Made by a program: the position numbers and the translations under genes. Source: Nitrososphaerales archaeon (GTDB lineage Archaea > Thermoproteota > Nitrososphaeria > Nitrososphaerales > JACAEJ01). Taken from it: a DNA stretch of 56,137 bases. Below the pieces are notes generated by a model, which saw only the letters and a program-made list of their open reading frames with translations, did not search any database and was not told the origin of the DNA. Shown here piece after piece: positions 53,396 through 56,137 of this stretch (the first letter of the stretch is position 1; each line of letters begins with the position of its first letter). The stretch covers positions 1-56,137 of the forward strand of contig JAVZMU010000002.1 in the NCBI GenBank assembly GCA_038883135.1. Reading direction: 5' to 3'.

Positions 53396-56137
53396 ATGCA
53401 AATAAAAGATAATGAGTTCAATATTGATTTTATGAGAGAGAATGATTTTATTAGAAAGAAGTGTAAAATTTGTGGTTCTTTCTTTTGGACTCAAAAACAT
53501 GATCTTGATGTTTGCATGGAATCTCCTTGTGTAGAGTATGAATTCATAAATAACTCTCCAGCAAAAATAAAAGCTGATTTAGATGAAATGAGAAGAATAT
53601 TTCTTAGATTCTTTGAAGATAATGGACATACGGTAATAAACCCTTATCCTGTCGTGGCAAGATGGAGAGATGATTTACTTGTAACTATAGCAAGCATAGT
53701 TGATTTTCAACCTTATGTTACGAATGGAGAGATACCACCGCCTGCAAATCCATTAGTAATTAGCCAGCCATGCTTAAGGTTTGAAGATATTGATAACGTT
53801 GGTCCAACATTTGGGAGGCATTTAACTATATTCGAAATGGGAGGAGCTCATGCCTTTAATTATCCTGAAAAATTCGTTTATTGGAAGGATGATACAATAA
53901 GGTATCATCATGAGTTGTTAACAAAAAGGCTTGGAGTCCCTAGTGATTTAGTAACTTATAAAGAGCATTTTTGGTCTGGAGGAGGAAATGCTGGACCAGA
54001 TGTTGAGGCTAACGTTATGGGATTAGAAATTTCAACTTTAGTCTTTATGAGCTATAGATTAGAGAATGGAAAACTCATCCCAACTCCTGTAAAGACTGTA
54101 GATACTGGGTATGGTATAGAGAGATGGGCTTGGTTAAGCATGGGAAGCCCTACAGCATTCCATGCTGTTTTTGGTAGAATCTTCGATAAAACTTTAGACT
54201 TACTTGGTATAAAGATAGATGAGAAAGTTCTATTAGAGGCTGGAAGGATTTCAGGTTCCTTCTCTGTTACTAGTGATAGATCGAGAATAGCAAGAGAGAT
54301 TGCAGCTAAAAGGCTAGGAATGAAATTTAATGAATTTGAAGAGTGTATAAAGCCCTTTGAAAATGTAGCAGCAATTCTCGATCACACAAAAGCTCTTACA
54401 TTTATGCTAGCAGAAGGTGTTGTTCCTTCTAATGTAAAGGCTGGATACTTAGCAAGAATGTTAGCTAGACGTTCTTATAGATTACTATCATTATACGGTG
54501 CTCAAAGTAAACTTATAGAAATTTTAGAGATGCAAATTGAAAAATGGTCTCATCAATTCCATCATATAAAGGATATGAGAGATGAAATAATAAAACTAGC
54601 AGATGTAGAAATAGAGAAGTATGAAAAAACGCTTGAGAGAGAATATAGTGAAGCAAGAAAGAAGATCGAGGTATTAAAAGCAAAAGGAAGATCATCAATT
54701 CCAATCGATCTTTTACAAGAATTCTATGAGTCTCATGGTCTTCATCCACAGCAAGTATATGAGATATCACAAAAAATAGGAATAAGTGTAGAGATACCTC
54801 CAGATTTCTTCTCTAACCTTGTTAAGAAGAGATCGGAAATTGGAATGCAAAAACCTCAAGAAGAGCAAGTTCTTATGAGTAAACTTATCAATCTTCCAGC
54901 TACTGAACCAATATATTATATTGATCCAAATCAAATTGAATTTAACGCTAAGGTTTTAATGGTTGTTGATGATTTTTTAGTCCTTGATAAGACTGCATTT
55001 TATCCAGAAGGAGGAGGACAACTATCAGATCATGGTATAATTTTATGGGATGGAGAAGAATCCCAAGTCGTGAATACAATTAAAGTTGGTCCCATAATTC
55101 TTCATAAGATAAAAGGAAAACTTCCACCAAAGGATACTATGATTAAAGGAATAGTAGATATCAAGAGGAGAAAAGCATTAATGATTCATCATACATCAAC
55201 TCATATTCTAAATGGTGCTGCACGCCATGTTTTAGGAGAGCATGTTTGGCAGGCAGGTGCTTTGAAGGATGTGGAGAGGAGTAGACTCGACATAACTCAT
55301 TATGCTCATTTAACAAGAGAGGAGATTATTGAGATAGAAAATAAAGCTAATAATGTTGTTCTTATGAATATTCCTGTTGATATTTTAAAACTTCAAAGAA
55401 ATGATGCTGAGAAGAAGTATGGCTTCCGATTATACCAAGGAGGAGTTGTACCAGGAAAGGAGATTAGAGTGGTAAAGATAGGCGATTGGGATGTTGAAGC
55501 TTGTGGTGGGCTTCATTGCTCAAGAACTGGAGATGTTGGTCTGATAAAGATAATAAAAGTTGAGAGAGTACAAGATGGTGTTGAAAGATTTGAGTTCGTT
55601 GCAGGAGAACCTGCTTTAAAATTATTCCAGCTTCAAGAGGACATATTATCAAAAATATCTCAAACAATAGGTGCTCAACAAGAAAAGCTTATAGATGCAA
55701 TAAACAGATTGATTTCGGATCGTAGTGATCTTATCAAGAAGCAAAAGATCATACTTAAAAGGCTATCAGATATATTAAAAGATATAATCATAGAGAAATC
55801 AATTAAAATTTTTGATGTTAATGTATATTTTGAAGTCGATAGTGAGTTAAGCGAAGATTTTCACATAATGCTTGGCGAGAAGGTTATAGATCAAAATCCA
55901 TCTTTGATATATTGTACAATAGCCTTAGAGAATAAAGTTGCAAAGGTTATAGTATTCTGTGGGAAAGATGCTAGAGAAAAGGGTTTAAAAGCTAAAGAGA
56001 TAGTTAGAAAAATCTCTCAGATTATTGGAGGTTCTGGAGGAGGAGATGAAAGGTTTGGAAGAGGTGGTGGTTTCCTTACCAATAAGGTTGATGAGATTAA
56101 ACCAATTTTATACTCTTATATAGAAAATGTGATAAAG
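53396..56137 (+). CDS. alaS: Alanine--tRNA ligase (archaeal type). The extreme C-terminus runs off the window.
   Basis: Absent from the track because it is open to the window end. My translation from ATG 53396 is MQIKDNEFNIDFMRENDFIRKKCKICGSFFWT..., PVVARWRDDLLVTIASIVDFQPY, FEMGGAHAFN, DTGYGIERWAW, the editing-domain HxxxH (HHTSTHIL) and a C-terminal GGSGGG. It is 914 codons in frame. Confidence 0.93.
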   Translation, partial: MQIKDNEFNIDFMRENDFIRKKCKICGSFFWTQKHDLDVCMESPCVEYEFINNSPAKIKADLDEMRRIFLRFFEDNGHTVINPYPVVARWRDDLLVTIASIVDFQPYVTNGEIPPPANPLVISQPCLRFEDIDNVGPTFGRHLTIFEMGGAHAFNYPEKFVYWKDDTIRYHHELLTKRLGVPSDLVTYKEHFWSGGGNAGPDVEANVMGLEISTLVFMSYRLENGKLIPTPVKTVDTGYGIERWAWLSMGSPTAFHAVFGRIFDKTLDLLGIKIDEKVLLEAGRISGSFSVTSDRSRIAREIAAKRLGMKFNEFEECIKPFENVAAILDHTKALTFMLAEGVVPSNVKAGYLARMLARRSYRLLSLYGAQSKLIEILEMQIEKWSHQFHHIKDMRDEIIKLADVEIEKYEKTLEREYSEARKKIEVLKAKGRSSIPIDLLQEFYESHGLHPQQVYEISQKIGISVEIPPDFFSNLVKKRSEIGMQKPQEEQVLMSKLINLPATEPIYYIDPNQIEFNAKVLMVVDDFLVLDKTAFYPEGGGQLSDHGIILWDGEESQVVNTIKVGPIILHKIKGKLPPKDTMIKGIVDIKRRKALMIHHTSTHILNGAARHVLGEHVWQAGALKDVERSRLDITHYAHLTREEIIEIENKANNVVLMNIPVDILKLQRNDAEKKYGFRLYQGGVVPGKEIRVVKIGDWDVEACGGLHCSRTGDVGLIKIIKVERVQDGVERFEFVAGEPALKLFQLQEDILSKISQTIGAQQEKLIDAINRLISDRSDLIKKQKIILKRLSDILKDIIIEKSIKIFDVNVYFEVDSELSEDFHIMLGEKVIDQNPSLIYCTIALENKVAKVIVFCGKDAREKGLKAKEIVRKISQIIGGSGGGDERFGRGGGFLTNKVDEIKPILYSYIENVIK

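Noticed and set aside
52704-55667. Minus- and plus-strand ORFs of 64-109 aa inside the GvpD-like ATPase and alaS genes
   Set aside because: They are antisense shadows of long, well-supported reading frames.
1-56137. Search for CRISPR arrays, tRNA or rRNA genes, and in-frame TAG (pyrrolysine) methylamine methyltransferase genes
   Set aside because: No regularly spaced direct repeats are present. Apart from rnpB there are no 70-90 nt G+C-rich islands in the intergenic DNA. No MtmB/MtbB/MttB-like reading frame, interrupted or intact, is visible near the corrinoid genes.

Overview
AT-rich archaeal chromosomal segment. The gene content is archaeal throughout: the proteasome-alpha/SBDS/Rrp4/Rrp41/Rrp42/L37ae/Pcc1 superoperon, eS26, eS19, eL39, eL31, aIF6, prefoldin alpha, FtsY, SecE-Spt5-L11-L1-L10, TiaS, Nep1, Tsr3, Rpp21, an RNase P RNA and archaeal-type AlaRS. 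The presence of eS26 and an ESCRT-III homolog suggests a TACK/Thermoproteota-like lineage, but the lineage cannot be fixed from this window. Coding density is high. TTG and GTG starts preceded by GGTGA/GGAGG-type Shine-Dalgarno motifs are frequent. I saw no tRNA, rRNA or CRISPR array.

Metabolic modules:
- an mtaB-mtaC-mtaA methanol:corrinoid methyltransferase operon, plus a second orphan corrinoid protein and a wHTH regulator
- a fused ChlI/ChlD-type chelatase
- the modified archaeal mevalonate pathway trio (UbiD-like decarboxylase plus the two AcnX subunits)
- PEP synthase, OTCase and Nnr
- a bacterial-type grpE-dnaK-dnaJ operon

The most unusual locus is at 34.2-35.5 kb. It holds two tandem paralogs that combine a multi-Cys N-domain with a signal-peptidase/LexA-fold domain whose Ser nucleophile is replaced by Cys. 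A 620-bp non-coding tract precedes them, and a membrane-tethered wHTH regulator abuts them.

Other oddities:
- a glycosylation islet with a decaying nucleotidyltransferase gene, splitting the eL31|aIF6 cluster
- two stand-alone RAM-domain genes inserted between spt5 and rpl11
- an inverted rpl12 paired with a GvpD/KaiC-like ATPase
- long perfect AT palindromes upstream of mtaB and secE
- genes whose conserved N-termini lie upstream of any canonical start codon
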